Origin: Dimorphilus gyrociliatus
Lineage: Eukaryota; Animalia; Annelida
NCBI GenBank assembly: GCA_904063045.1
Contig: CAJFCJ010000016.1
Location: 310,001-374,000 of the forward strand
Reading direction: 5' to 3'
DNA length: 64,000 nucleotides
In this document: positions 13,699-28,864 of the stretch, in pieces
Layout of the letters: the number at the start of each line of letters is the position of its first letter
Numbering within the stretch: the first letter of the stretch is position 1
Made by a program: the position numbers and the translations under genes
The notes under the pieces: generated by a model
What the model was told of the DNA's origin: nothing
The model's database searches: none
What the model saw: only the letters and a program-made list of their open reading frames with translations

Positions 13699-16600
13699 TT
13701 ATAAAGCCTCTTCGTCCATAAATACACGACTTTCTTCGAAATGCCCAAAGTTTTTCTTTTTACAGTTAACTTTACAGCTCGCTTTAATATTATCATTAGA
13801 CGGAGGTCTGACCTTAATCTGGCTGGCGTTTGAAAAGCTGACAGGGTTTTCATTATAATCTTGAAGGCATCTGCAGAAGAGTTTTATGAATTCCCTTCGG
13901 AAACGGCGACCGAAAAAGTAATATGGCACTATGTTAATTGCTGAATTGAGCGTTACCATTAAATTTGATATTTCGTTAAGGGTGTATAATCCTGGGTCGT
14001 TATGCCTGTTTATTAAAGAAATAAAGATATAAACTATTTAAAAGAGGTTAATTTAAAGTAAATTTTATATATATTAATATCTTCAGTAAACAACAAAGAT
14101 AGTGTTAGTTTCGTATTATTTACTTTTATATGCCTAAGCATTTGTAATTGAGAATAACCGATATACATTATAATATTAGTGTTTATACAGACCAGGTAGT
14201 ACACTCTTAGTAAATGAGAATAGAAATTTATAAATCCAATTATCTTACACCTGTATGGCAGGACTATGGTTCCTGCCTCTTTCCTGTGTGCCAGATATAA
14301 ATCAATAGAGGTATATACTGTATATATGCATATGCTAATACACACTATGTATAAACTTGTATACAAGCATCAAGATGTGATAGCATTTATCACATACTAA
14401 ATAACTATATCTATCTTCATATGACATTTTGATAATACTTGTCTAGCAGATCGAATCTTTAAAGAAACTTATGAAAAAGTCATATAATTTTGCATTCTTT
14501 CTGCTCGTGTTTTTAATAAAAATATCATCTAGAAATATCTAATGGGATGAAGAATCCGGTTCAATTAAAAGAGATACGTTTTCATGCCTAGAGAGTTTCA
14601 TATTCGATAAATAAATAACCAATGATGTAATATAAGGATTATTATCTATACAAAATATGTATTTACTCATATTAGACAATATATAATGTATTGTGTTTAT
14701 TATTTACTTGAAAAGCTCATCTTCTACTATTCCTTATAAACAAAATCTACTACCTCGTTAATTTTCAAAGCCGAGGGTTATATTTACTTTCGTGTGTAGG
14801 TATTCATTAACACCTTTGCCCAGAGTCTTAACTTTGAAAGAAATTTTATAAATATAACTCTGTCTATTATCGTCTTAAAAAAAGCCTTTTCGCTAAGCTA
14901 GAACAAGGTGAGCTTTACAGATTTTATTATCTTAGTTATAACGTGTAAAATCTTTTGATTTTTACTTTATATATTCTATTTGTTTTTATCATTATATACT
15001 CTCCCGCTCTCTCTTCCTCTCTCTCTCTCTCTCGCTCCCAGTTGCTTTAGTACGTGTTGTTTTCTCGTATAATTCTAGGTGATATATAAGCTATGACAAA
15101 CTAAGTAATGTCTGCAAAAATTTTTAAAGCATAAATCGTTACCCCGAGGAATCATATTGTTTATGCCTTTTTGTTTTTATATATAAATATTATATTAAGT
15201 GTTACTTTAAACAAAAAATGATAAATTTTAAATACGTCTTAAGCAAATTTTTATGAGATTTTTTAATATATTTATTGTTTTAAACATTGACTGTCGGTCG
15301 AAATTTAATATTACTGTTTATTTATAAGCTGTGACTTTGTAATAATTTTTTAATTTAAATATAAGTCATCTATCATTGGGAAGGGCAAACAATTAAGCAA
15401 TAGAAAGTTTACATATCCTTCTTGTGTGTTTGTTTGAAAGAGAGAGAGAGAGAGAAAGATGAAAAAAATTGAAGTTGAAAAACTTAAATCACTTAAGTAC
15501 TTAGTTATTGATTGAAAATTTTATGTTGAAGAGTTACATTTAAAAAACGAGAAACAGAGACTTATATAGGGAAAATCCTTATTAAATTTGTCTTTTAATC
15601 TTCATTTTAATTCATTACTTAAATGATTATTGCTTAGTTCAATCTATAAAATTGAGGATCAATTGAGAAGGGTTGCATTCTGATCCTTCAACCATTTTAA
15701 ATCTCTTTCTAATTTGTAATTCACTGTATAGAGAGTTTAATAATTTAAAGAAAGTCAGTAAAAGAAATCTTATTCTGAGCTAACATTGATAAAAATACAA
15801 CGATAAAGCCCTAAGCGAATATTTTATCCTTTTCCTATGTTTACAATTTATTCGACCAAGCTAATACCCTTCTTTTTGGGGTTCTACTATCAATTTTTTA
15901 TTAGTTATAAATAATATTGCATTAAAAAATCCATACCTTGCAGTATCGTGTGTAAAAGCCCAAATGCATCGAGAGACCAGGGCAGGCATTTGACATATAA
16001 AGAAAATAACTACAACCCCTATTAACATAACTGTTGTATCGTTTCTTTTCTTTTCGGCTGCATTAATCTCTCTTCCTCTCCGTCTGGATTCCTTAACAGC
16101 ATGTATTAACCTTACATTTAGAATAGCCATGGCTAAGAACGGGAGACCGCACACAAAAGCTATATAGAACCATGAGTGATACAACTCTTTAAAAACCTGT
16201 TATTGAAAGGAAAAAGAAATGGACTTTAAAACATGTTTTAAATCTAATTGCATAATTTAAAGAGATAATAAAATGATAAAAATTTATGAATATTCATAAG
16301 GTTTATGTTTCTCATGATTAAGGATAACATTATACTATACTGTATATATATATATATATATATTATTGAAGGAAAAAACATTTTTAGACTCGGCAAAAAT
16401 CTAGAGCTAGTAGAGTTTGTTTGTTTCTCTCAGCACGGCATTTTGTGACTCTAATATTGCTCTAAAAACAAACTTGAGATAAAAAAGACTAAATAATTAG
16501 AGGTATTGCCTAATTGTAATTTGTTATAAACTACCAAAATGAAATCTGTATATACGTATAAATATATATATTAATATGTTGTACTGCAAAGTTTATCTTG

Positions 16601-18524
16601 TATTTCTATAAGAGCATTCTTTTACATAACGTAATAAAAGCTTATGCTAAAATTCTATAGATTACATTTCACAACTAAAATCAAACAAATTATCCAAAAT
16701 GTCGCCGATGGTTTATCTAGTTTCTATCAGTTGCATTTAGATATATCCAAAATGTGGAGCATAAATTTTCACTGCTTATTAACTATTAACATAGCTCTTG
16801 TTTTATTTAAAAGCTGTTACTGGCTTCGTTATCTTGAGTTTTGCTTGTTTGTTTTTTTTTTTAAATGATCTTTAAAATTAACATGAAAGGTATTTGAAAG
16901 CTAGAATTTTTAACCTATATGTTTAATATCTATTCTGATGATGTGAGCTTAGGCGTATAAAGTTCTAAATACAATAATTTACTTAACACGACTACATTTT
17001 CATCGACTAATAATCAATATGTTAGTTTCAATTTAACAAGATATATTCATTGCTCTCTAGACGGAATAAAACTCAATTGATTACTAAATAAAGATTCAAT
17101 TTGTAGTTTACCATTTTTTTGGAGTTTTTAATGAGCTTCTGCCTTTCTATTCTTAATATTCAATTTTTCCTCTTTTCTTTCCTTTTTCCCTGTTTCTCGT
17201 TACTCTTGTTTGCTCTATTTTGTTCTATATTACCCTATACCTTCCCTCCCCTAATAATCTGTGGAAACTAAGCTCTATTGTAAGTAGGTCTAATACTTTC
17301 TTTAGATACAAATGAGAAGAAAAAAAAATAAGAGAATCCAAATATTATAATGAAAATATGAGTAGTATATAAAGAGTATGATGAGAAGATGATGTTTGAT
17401 GTAAAATCTGATTTAATTCATTAAGAAAAAACTCCAATTTATAATCAATCGGATAAAATTATACTACTATTATCAACAATGTTCATTTCTGATTACAAGT
17501 AAAGATCAGCTGAGGGGCCAATAGTGGAAAATCATCCAAATTTATATTTAATATAAAATGGATTTAAATTCTTTAAGAGCACTTCTCCATATAGATATTA
17601 TAGATATTTACGTCCATAAAGTAGGCTTGCCTAAGTTTCTGAGTAAGAATTTACGTGTACTCTAATAAAATTAGAATAATTGATCAGAGGCGAGATCACC
17701 TTTGAATTAAAAAAGAGGCTAATATTCTCTTGTTTTTTGTTTTTTAACAATCTTTATCTTTATATGTTTAGTTCAATTGTTGGCTGAATACTATAATCAC
17801 GATGCAATTCTATTTACTCCCTACTACCTCTAGATAGTCACTCCCTGGGATGCTTTGTTGTAGTCGCGTCGAGAAACGTGGGAAAATAGATTGTTGGAAA
17901 GAAACAACAGAGAATACATAGTATACAGTACAATGTAAAAATATAAATAAGCATATTTACCGGTGACTTTCCTAAATCCGTAAGATCAGTTAACACTTCC
18001 GGGCTACTTGTGACGTTGAATATTTTCAGACGATATTCAAACCACTTTGGTACATTGTAAATAGTACTCGCTAAAACTAAGGATGTTATAACTTTTCTGG
18101 CCCTACTTATTTTACAATAGGGCTCAGATCTGAATGGATGACAAATCATAATATATCTATCTACTGTAAAAGCCAGGGTCAACCAAATACTGGCTACTTG
18201 AAACGTAATGGCGCTGGGATGAAGGTAGGGAAAAGTTTTTATAAGAACTTTCTCTGTCTCTGGTATGATGTCCCTTATGCCAAGAATCATTGTGAAAATT
18301 AAAACTGCCGTATCCGTGAGTGCTAGGGCCGCAAGATAGCTGTAGGTAGAAGATTTCATTGTATCTTGCCAAAGAACAACAGCACTCAGAAGATTTCCAA
18401 TGATGCCGAGACAGCAGATAATCATAACTCCTATACCAGATACATAGTAAGTCAATAACAACAGTGCCTCATTCGGGGCCGTCTCGTTGTAGATGACTGT
18501 CACATTGTTGACAGAAACTTGCAT
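13699..18524 (-). CDS. Rhodopsin-class neuropeptide GPCR, FMRFamide-receptor-like; exons 18524-17961, 16196-15937, 14005-13699 (376 aa)
   Basis: The three exons join with canonical GT-AG sites and matching phases (0, 2), totalling 1131 nt. There are seven hydrophobic segments with 'GN', 'LALTD', 'VDRYIMICHPF', 'YNVPKWFEY', 'FFICQMP' and 'LNSAINIVPYYFFGRRFRREF', typical of FMRFamide/sex-peptide-type receptors. A tttcttcag| acceptor lies 2 nt before the ATG, implying an upstream 5' exon. Confidence 0.9.
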
Positions 18525-20909
18525 ACCTGAAGAAATGAACGATGCAGGTTTGAAATGAAAAAAATCCAACTAAACTTTTTTTTAATCAAGGGATAAGTAG
18601 AAAGTTAGCAAAGGAGTATTTGTATATTTCTTAATCTTTGTACAGTTTTTCCTTTTATTCTCTTTTATCCTCTCGATAATTCTGTTCTCTTAAACTTTAA
18701 AACTTCTGGCTTTTCTATTAGTTTGTTTAATTACTCTCTGCTTATCAATTTAAAACAGTACAAAGTCCTTTTTTTTGTCTTGAATATCTTCTTTTTCTAT
18801 TCTCCTTCTCCCTCCCTCTCTGTCTCTCCCTCTCTCTCTCTCTCTCTATATCCCTCTCTCTCTCGCTCACACACACTCTCTCGCTCTCTCGGTGAATTTA
18901 GATTTACACCAACGTTTGTTTTGCGGTAGACTGTCTCTGATAAAAACTAGGGGGAGTTGCTGACTGCAAATATTTAAATAATTCATGCTGACGGCTGTTG
19001 CCTTCCTTCTCAAAGCAATTACCTATATTCAATTAGCAAATCTATATAATTTTGACAAATTATTACTATTTCTTAGTTATTAATAATATACCATCTATTC
19101 CTAGAACATTGATGATTAAATAGAAGAATAAAAGTAGAAGCTAGTAGCTAAATTATATTATACGATTAGTAGGAGGACGACGCATCCTTCGATATAAAGT
19201 CAGTATAAATTATATTCAGAGACTGCAAGCAAGAATTCAAGACTAGTAAGTTAAACAATTGAACTATATTGCTTAACTATATAGAAATATAATGGTAAAA
19301 AGAATTAACTGACTTCCTGATAGTTTTTAAAATAGAAAGAAAAGAAGGTTTTTTAAAGATAAATGTTAAAAGACCAAGCAAGCTAAGTACTATTAATGAC
19401 CTTAGTATTGAATTTTTCTTGCCTGTTAATTGTCAAAGATTATCTAAATTTAAATCCTACCTCTTGAACTTTTCAATAGAGTTTTTTTGATTACTTGCAG
19501 AGAATTGTAATATATTTATACAACATTAAAACTATACTGTTGAAAAGAATTGTACTTTTCTATTTAATAGTTGAAATAATACTATGTTCTATTAATCAGG
19601 TGAGCGAATTCAACAGATAGTTTGTTATTTGCTTTTTAGTATACAGGAGGATTATTCTTAAGAGCAATGTTTGTCTTTTGTTTTAGAATCAATCATATCA
19701 ATTACATAAAACTGCACTCGCGTTATATTGTACACTTGACGTGTCCTCTATTGAGTTACCGTCTTGTTTTATATAACACGTAATTGAACTGATATTTTTG
19801 AGATATTTTTAGAAATTTTCTCATAAGAGAAAAATCGATGAAGGTAAGGAGGGAGGAGTTTTATTTGAGTATTTAAATAATCATTTTAAGTGTATTGTCT
19901 TTTTTTCCCCCTATATACTTATTCAAAGTCTTACACTTTTTTATCCCTGCCTAGTAGCCTAGTAATTTTCCTTTTGCGTTTCTTCTTAAACAACCTTGGA
20001 GTCGACACTTATATCCTTTTCTAGAGTATGGAAATTAACTACTAAGAATGAAAACAGGATATAGAAGCAAAGAAACAATGTTATTCATACCATGCATTGC
20101 CTATCCACTCTATCAATAAATATATATATATATATATATGAAAAATTTCATACCTTTTCTAATATACATATATATATATATATATTATATTAGATATTTA
20201 GGCAATGAAGTAATAGGAAACGCCGAAACATAAAGCATGCCTACACAAACATATGAAGCAATCTAGTAAACATTTCCTGTTTTCAAGCATTTATCAGCCA
20301 TTGTCGACTATTTTTTCACTTTTGCTTTCGTGCCGTCCTCTATTAAGGTTATTCAAAAATGTATAAAAACACAAAAATATATAAATAAAATATCACAAAG
20401 AGATGAAAAATAGACAAAGAAAAGTAAACTAGAAAAATCTATTAATTTAAACGAAATTTAAAAAAGTTAATTAATATTCAGACAATATAGTAATTAATTA
20501 ATTAAGATAATGAGAGTATATATCTATAAATATATCATATATTCTATTGTATAAAGTCTTTATCTATAGTTTTTATGAATAAATTTCAATAAGTAATAAT
20601 AAAAGAGAGGAAAAGGTAGGAAAAAATATATGATATAATTTTCTTTTTTGAACGAATAAAGCTCTTTATATTTCCCAAATCTCTCACTGTTCCTTTCTAA
20701 ATTTTCATCTTCCACTCCCTTCCCTTTCTTCTCCCTTTATAAATTCAATTGTATATACGATCATATTACATATAGAGTTCAGTTAGTCTAAAAATGAAAG
20801 TAAGGAGAAAGTTCAATTTATACTCTCTCGCATTTTCCTGCTCTATCTAATTTGACAGTACTTTAGCAGAGTAATTAGCAAGAATTCCCTTTCTTTTTAG
20901 AATGAGTGC

Positions 20910-20915
<6 letters not shown>

Positions 20916-20957
<42 letters not shown>
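20916..20957. repeat. (TA)n microsatellite
   Basis: About 21 TA units read directly from the sequence. Confidence 0.95.
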
Positions 20958-20960
<3 letters not shown>

Positions 20961-21764
20961 TATATACAGAATATATATATATACTGTATGTAGAAATATA
21001 CAGTACACATAATATTTATAACTAAAATATAGAATATTTCCTTTTTCTTCGTATCTTAATTATACTGTATTTACCATCAAAGAGAAATTGAAATAATAGT
21101 ATTATTACCTAAACAGGAAATAATAATGATAATAAAAAAAGAAAAAGAAACGAAAAAATGAGAAGTATATAGACAAAAGTAAGCAGGATGCGTCTAAATT
21201 AGAGAGCTTCCTAACAAAATCTAAAGTATATATTGTATGATATAAAAAAAAGAGGAGGAAAAAAGATAAATAAGTATAAAAAGAGTATAAATGTATAAAG
21301 TGTTTAGTTTTGTCTTTTTCGCTGAATTGTTGTTAGGGAAAGAGAATAGCAATATATAAATCTTATATTGATTGATGATATTACCAATATGAAGAGGTTA
21401 ATGACAAAAAATTACACAGGAAAGAAATAATTATGAAAGTCATATGTGTATAGCGTTCCTCTAATAAAGGAAATTAAGTATTCAGTTTTTCAATTTTAAA
21501 TATATAACATATATCTCTAATACAGTGCTATTCAACAGAATGCATGACATTTTACTGTCTAATTAAATGTCATTACTGAATTTTTTGTAGAGGAATTTAT
21601 TTTGCATATTATAAAGTATACACTATATAAAAAATATATAGAGTATAAACATCTTTGTGTATTATTAACTAGTCTTGAGAGGTCTTTTTGATCGCTTTAC
21701 CTGGGTTTTGATTATCATTCCATAGTAGTTTTAAATTATATCTGTATGCTGAATACCTATATAA

Positions 21765-21795
<31 letters not shown>

Positions 21796-23511
21796 CATAC
21801 CATTTATATGTAGTATATACAATTGACAGTTTGAACAACACTCTACTATATTTATTACATTATTAAATTTCAAGTGAAAATAAACAACTTTTGTATAAAC
21901 AATCCTGTATATTGATTTTTTTCCTATTTTTTATTGCAGACAGACAGACAGATAGAAAGACAGATGTGGAGAAAGGCGAAGAGAGAGACACAGAGAGAGA
22001 GAGAGAGAGAGATGACGACGGGAGAAAAGTGAAGAAATAAAAGAGAAAGGGATAGATAGATAGATAGATAGATAGATGAATTTAATGTCGACAAATAAAT
22101 GAAAAAAGTATACGTTACTACCGTATTTATATAAGAATAGAGCAAAGTAGGTTTAATGTAGAAAATGAAATATTTTAAACTATACAGCTTTAATCTGTTG
22201 TTTTTCCTTAAAAACACCTCATGTCAAAATTTACTCACTACGCCTATAGTATATCTGTCTGTCAGAGACAGAAGCCAAAAGAAGAAGTAGAGAAGGCTTG
22301 TTCGTGCTCTTCCCTCTCGTGTAATATTATATCTTGAGAGAAATTATTATAAAATTCCCATCCGTTCTCTTATGATAATTTAGTAGTTTTTTTTACTAAT
22401 AATCCTTCTATTTTTAACCTGTATACACATATATATGTATATTAGTACATATACTGATATACAGTATATAATTTACTATTCTAAAGTTCTCATCCTTTAT
22501 CTCTGTATGCTTTTCATTTGAATATAAAAGACTAGAGGGGGTAGGTGAAAATAGTTGTTTCATGGGATTACATTTCATAATAGTTTTGAAAGATGAAAAA
22601 GCGTATAAAAGGAGAGAGAGATGAAGAATTTGTCGGAGGAGAGGTAGATGGTAAGCGTGGGAGGAAAGGAGAAAAAGAGTGAGATTTTACCTCCTACTTT
22701 TCTCTTCAGTTTCTCTATTCACTAAGTAATATTACAGTTTCTTTTTGATCTGATAATTATAGAATATAACTACACAAAATGACTTAAGTGTCTTTCAACT
22801 TGACTTAAATCAGCGGGTAAAACTATATTGGGCGCCATAGCCAGTTTAATTATTAGCTAGGTAATTCAGTACATTACCACTTTTTCTCATAGTTTTACTT
22901 CATCTCTTTCCTTAAGTAGTTAATCTGAGAAAAAAAGCACTATCTTACATATTCACCGATTAGTAATATAAAGCTCGTGATCTTCCAATAGAGTTTCCAA
23001 CACAAGAATGAAATGAGAACTAAACCAATAGAATAGATTAAAAGAGAGGAGGAGAATGAGGAACAGAGAGGTAGATTGAAAAGACTTTGAGCTTAATAGA
23101 CAAGAAAGAAAGTGTTTTTTTTGTCTAAATTCAAATAGATATATAAAGAAGAAGGATAATTTTATCAAATAATATTTTTTTTATATGGAACACTAACATC
23201 TGTTGTAGTCGTTAAATTGCCTGGTAAAAAGCAGTTAAAAAGCTACTTAATTTTTTCTCTCTATTTTCTTTTTTTAAACATGAAAAAGATATTAATTAAA
23301 TACTTTCTATGTTTGAAATAAGGGGAATTTTTAACACTATTTTATATAGACTTTAATATAATCATGCATTTCTTATTCTAATTTACCTTATTTAGAATTA
23401 AAAGCCTTAATTAGTTAATTTCTCAAAGTAAATTCAAGAATAGAAATGTTATTATACTATTAACTTTTAATAACTAGATAAGCTATGTAAAATTATTCAC
23501 ATTAAAAAAAC

Positions 23512-23515
<4 letters not shown>

Positions 23516-23556
<41 letters not shown>
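23516..23556. repeat. (AG)n microsatellite
   Basis: About 20 AG units read directly from the sequence. Confidence 0.95.
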
Positions 23557-23560
<4 letters not shown>

Positions 23561-24564
23561 GACAGACAGACGTATAGAGAGATGGAGAATAGGAAGATTC
23601 TATATGGCATATGGAATGCACTTTTTTTGTCGATTTATGAAAAAAAAAGAGTCTTCCAACAGAATCAATCTTTTTAAAATTTATAAAACATTTCTCTTTA
23701 GCCTATACACAGAGAAGTAATTAACCTTCACAATAAAAACAACCACACATATATGTAAGTACGAAGATAATATCTATTATATGTAATATATTCTACGTAA
23801 TTTTAATTAGTTATTAAAAAGAATTTATATATATGTTTATCTATTTAAGACCTAAGACAATAGGTAATAGTTTCAGATAAATAGTATTCAATGCAAATAG
23901 GTGTTTACAAATAGATGAAAAACTAAGTAATTGACAAAGGAAAGATTTAAAAATATTAGTTATATAAAAAGCCGTTTTTAAAAACGATTTAAGAATCATT
24001 TTTACATTATAAATACATAAAATAGGTTATTTACATATATTTATTATATTGATGTACAGTATAAATACAGTATATATATATATATAAATGTTTATAATGT
24101 ATATTACATGCATAAATATACTTGGAAAGAGAATAGATTATCTTAAGTAAACGCTGAAAAGTTGGTAATTGTTTTGTAAAAATTACGACAATTAGCTTAT
24201 ACCATTTCGACAAGTAATATACTTTATAATACATTTATACATTTATTCAATTAAATAGATATATAGTTATGAAATACCCCAAAAACATTTGTGTTCCTAC
24301 TTTTAGTCCTATAAACCGCCGTCTAACGGATATTAATGAAATTATTATGTTCCTATTTGTTGAATATAGATAAATTGAATATTTTGCTTATTGATATTTG
24401 AACGATTATTAGTGTATTTCTATAAGCAGGATAAAGGAAATTTTTGTTAATTTTTATAAACAAATGCAATAAGATACCGTTTGGAATATAAGATCCCTGC
24501 ATTTTTTTTTCCTTTTAAGTAACAATAACTATACCAAAATGTTTATAGGTTTTTGCTTAATAAA

Positions 24565-24577
24565 ACGCCATCTATTG
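24565..24577 (-). promoter_or_regulatory. CTCF-like motif CAATAGATGGCGT (copy 2)
   Basis: The plus strand reads ACGCCATCTATTG, the exact reverse complement of copy 1. It lies ~230 bp past the stop of the type I membrane gene. Confidence 0.5.
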
Positions 24578-24806
24578 CTCTTTAAAAGTTTTCTTCCTTC
24601 CAAGTGGGCTTGACAGTATTTTAACGTTTTCCAAATGAAATCGTGGAGACAATAAACATAACCATCATTCCTTGCCAAACAACATTCTTGTAAACAATCT
24701 CGTAACGAAAGATGGCGCTATTCTTCTTTTTTAAATTGGTAATATATATTGAGATGAAGATGAATGAAGATATAAGTGTACAGATCAATCTTCCAAGTGG
24801 TAAATG

Positions 24807-27800
24807 TCATTCGACGGTATGTTCGTGAGGAATTATAGCATCTTTGGAAGTTACGGATGCCGTTTTAGCCAGTCTATCCGATTTTAGACGATCTTCCCTT
24901 CTATATTGATAATTACTTTCAGCTTCATTAATTGCGTTCATCCATTCATCATGATTTAAAGCCGTCGATGATCTATGTCTAATAGAAGAAAAACAGCTAA
25001 AAACAATAGTTCATTTGCATAACTGTATGTGAAATAGGTCAACGAATTTTCATCAGATTACTATAGATGAACGACTCTTTGACTTTTGCCATCGACCTCT
25101 GTTGATTTACCGTTCTTTGTAATAACAATAGAACTCTTTTCCTAAGAATTACTCATTTTCCAACAAAGTACAAGATACTTTAGTAACTTAGCACCAGATA
25201 GCACTACTTTTTTTTGTCTTCTTTTCATTTAGCTATATTTCAACAAAGTATAATAAAGAATGTTCTTATTCCTTTTATGTTATCTTTTAAACAGTTTTTT
25301 GTCAATAAAACATATTCATCAAATCAAATACAATCAAATGCTACTAATATCAAATCATAATAATAATAATAATAATAGTAATATAATGATAAATAGTAAA
25401 CAATAATAAGTCTATTCAATCAAACAGGTAGATGGCGTAACATAATTACTTGAATGGCAAAAATAAATTTATAATATTACCTCGTATTAGTTTCATATAC
25501 TTTAAACGATTCTCCGGTACGTTGCTTCTTATAACACGCAGTACAGCATATAATAAATAAAAGGAGAAACATCAGTGATAACAGTACTAAGATGATAATA
25601 TGATAAATTTCTTTATTCCACCAGTTTTCATTGTCACTGGAACTCTTAACAGGTTGTTGATTTGAAGGTTTATTGGTTGTTCTAGATTTCGTTGGCGTAC
25701 GTTCATTACTTTCGGTTGCTGTATTACCTTAAATAAAAGGAAATTTTGTCCTTTTTATAAGCCTTCGCCTATAAGTTTGAATAAATTAGGATAAGTTAGG
25801 TTACCTTTTGGGGAGCTTTCACTTAAAATGCTGGCTGTAAACGAATAAAAGAAGGCAAATAAGTATAAGTAGTATAGATTTATAAAAGTTAATATATTCA
25901 TATTATTGAAATACTAATAGTTTTAATAGTTTTATATAAACGTTATTATTAAAACATTGTATCAAAGTATTTTCGTATAAAAAAGAAATCACGAAATTAT
26001 AGACCTTTTAATAAAATTTGTCATGTAAATATTTTACTGCATAAAAAGAGAATTATTCTTGTTTTTCCTCTCTTGTACCAGACTCTTTATCACATACATA
26101 TACTGTATATATACATATATATATATATATACTCTCTTTGTCTCTCTCTCTTTTTCTCTATCACTTACATTATTCTTGGTTATATATGAATATAAAAAAT
26201 ATATATCTTTTTGATATAGAAATAATGTTTTATAGCACTAGTTCCAATAAAACTTTCCTTTCGGCCATTGCCTATGACAAGCCGCCCAAATACATTAATT
26301 TAATTTCATACAGACTAGTTTACTTGTCCCCGGGATGTTTGAACTATGAAATTGGGAGCATCGATTGATAGGAAATATAGAAAAATATAAAAATAAAAGA
26401 ACTTTTTTTTTCTTTTTTTTTTTTCTTTATCTCTTTTTTTTATATAAAAACATTTAAAATAAATTAATTTAGAATTAACAGAATTATTTAGACGTCTACT
26501 TTTGATTTTCAACTATAAAATGATTTAATCAATTTTTACCTTTAAATAAAGTTGATTTTTAATTGGATATTGTGTAATAAATACTTAAATATTCTATTGG
26601 GCAGAAAGTTCATTTATTAAAAAGCCTTATTCTTTCTTTCTATTTCTCTCTATATAAACTTCTTGACAAATGCCTCAAGCAGAAATGTTCCATTTTTTCC
26701 CCCTTTTTTTTTCCCCTTCCCTACATTCCTTTCACTGTCAATTATTCAGAGAGTTTGTTTACAAAGCATAAGCATAATTAAATTTCCCTGATTATAACTT
26801 AGGCCTAGATTTTTTTAATATAAAGGTTAGATATAATGAAAAAAAAAGAGCAAGAGGGAAATATTTTAGTATATTATATAAAGTTATATAAAGAGAAAGG
26901 ACATTAGGATAAAACTAGAGCGAGCTGAGAAAGACAGAGAGACAGAGAGAGAGAGGCAAATAAACTTAAAAAGAGTGCAAGTAACATTTTGCAGTCTTGA
27001 AAGACTCTGAACTGGATTTTGTTGAACATAAAAAAGTGAAATCCTACATAAAAAACCAATTAAAAGAAAATTAATAGTGACACTACAAAGGAAATTTTTT
27101 TAGCTCAAACTATAAAGTATACACCGACAATAGTTTTTGTTGAATTTTAGTATATAAAAATATAGAACCTCTATGATCTTGTGTCTTTGTTGGGTGAGAG
27201 GGTTTAGTTACATGTAGGTCATCTAAAAAGAAAATGTGACAGTGAGAATATTACGTAATATAAGTGATCTATAAACTAATATACACATTATAAATATAAA
27301 AGAAATTAACCAGATTGATATTTAATAGCCAAAGTGATTCTGTACGGTAAATTTGATTTTGGAAAGATAACGTTTTCTCCTATTTCAGTTTTTTGATATT
27401 CTAAATAGTATAGATTATCGGCGTTCGAAATATCAAAGGTATATCCATAAACTCCTTTCTCATTTGGATTTGCAACACCTACGGTATCGCCTTTTTTAAC
27501 TTCCCATCTTTCATTTAATGCCACTAATGTTGAACCAATTTTATTAACATTATATGTATACGAATAAACAAGTGTATAGTTTCTTCTTGCCCCTGTTTGA
27601 TTGGAGTTTGGTCGCCATATTTGAAACATAACAACCCCTTTATTAATAAATTGCATCCAAAACGACGTTATAATCCCACTTGTTGGAAATTTCAAGTCAG
27701 AGAAGAGAAACATTTGGGATCCTTCTGGCAAAGGTTGAATATTCTGTTCGACTTTAATCTCCCCTAAAATTCTCTCGTTGGCCCCCGCACTAGCTCTAGT

Positions 27801-28822
27801 ACTTTGGCCAATCGACCGAATTGTAGAACGAGGCATTGATACAGGCTTTTTGGTCGTCAATGAGATTGTTGAAGACTTTGAACTAGTAGGCCTAATAGAT
27901 TTCGTACTACGCTTAGGTGTTTTCTCAGGCGTTAAAAGTGAAGTTGTTGAATGTTGTGAATTTTTAGTGATTTTATCTACGTAACAAAAAAAAAAGAAGA
28001 AAGAAAATAGGTCATAATATTTCTATTAATAACGTAATAATAAGAAAGAAATCCTTCTTTAAATGAATTTTTTTATTGTTATATTTACCCGAAGTACCGG
28101 CTATCGTAGTTCCTGTTGAAACTGTATATGCATACTTAAAATTTAATCAAATATAGATTTAGTATAGGATAACAATTAAATAAAAAATAATAAAAGGAGA
28201 AATAACCTTGACGTACGCCAACCCCAAATGAAAATGTGTAAGGTAATTTCAATATATCAAAATCAATGGTATCGTTCACTTTTGGTTTATTATCTTTTGT
28301 ATAGAAATGTAAAAAGCATCCATCGTAAGCCGTTGACAATTTATAGCCCAATGGACAGCTTTTATCCGGTGTTAGAAAGGCTAACATGTCACCATCTTTA
28401 CAGTAGATTTTATTCGTTAATCTTATCTGCAATTAAATTAATAAACTATTATATTATATTCACTAATTCCTTAAACAAACTGGAATATGTATATATTTGT
28501 ATAGTTAGCGGCAAGACTAGCAAAGTTATCTATATATATATATTTCAAACAGAAATTCCTTCGTTAATTCTCTTCGAATTCAAACAATCGTACATAGGAT
28601 TATACGCTAAGGACAAACAATCTTTAAATATATTTAACTTTTAAATTGAATTGCATGGTTAAAATAACCAAAACAGAGAAACCAAAAGTACAGTAAAAAT
28701 CCTATTTGTTTATAAAATTTTGTCGGTCTATTAATTATATAAATAAAAAATATATATATTTTCAATATATTAACAAGTTCTGTTTTTTCCCTAAAAATTT
28801 AAAGAGAGAAAATCAATTTTTT

Positions 28823-28864
<42 letters not shown>

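Noticed and set aside
28228-28644. 138-aa plus-strand ORF
   Set aside because: It is the antisense shadow of a real minus-strand exon plus AT-rich intron.
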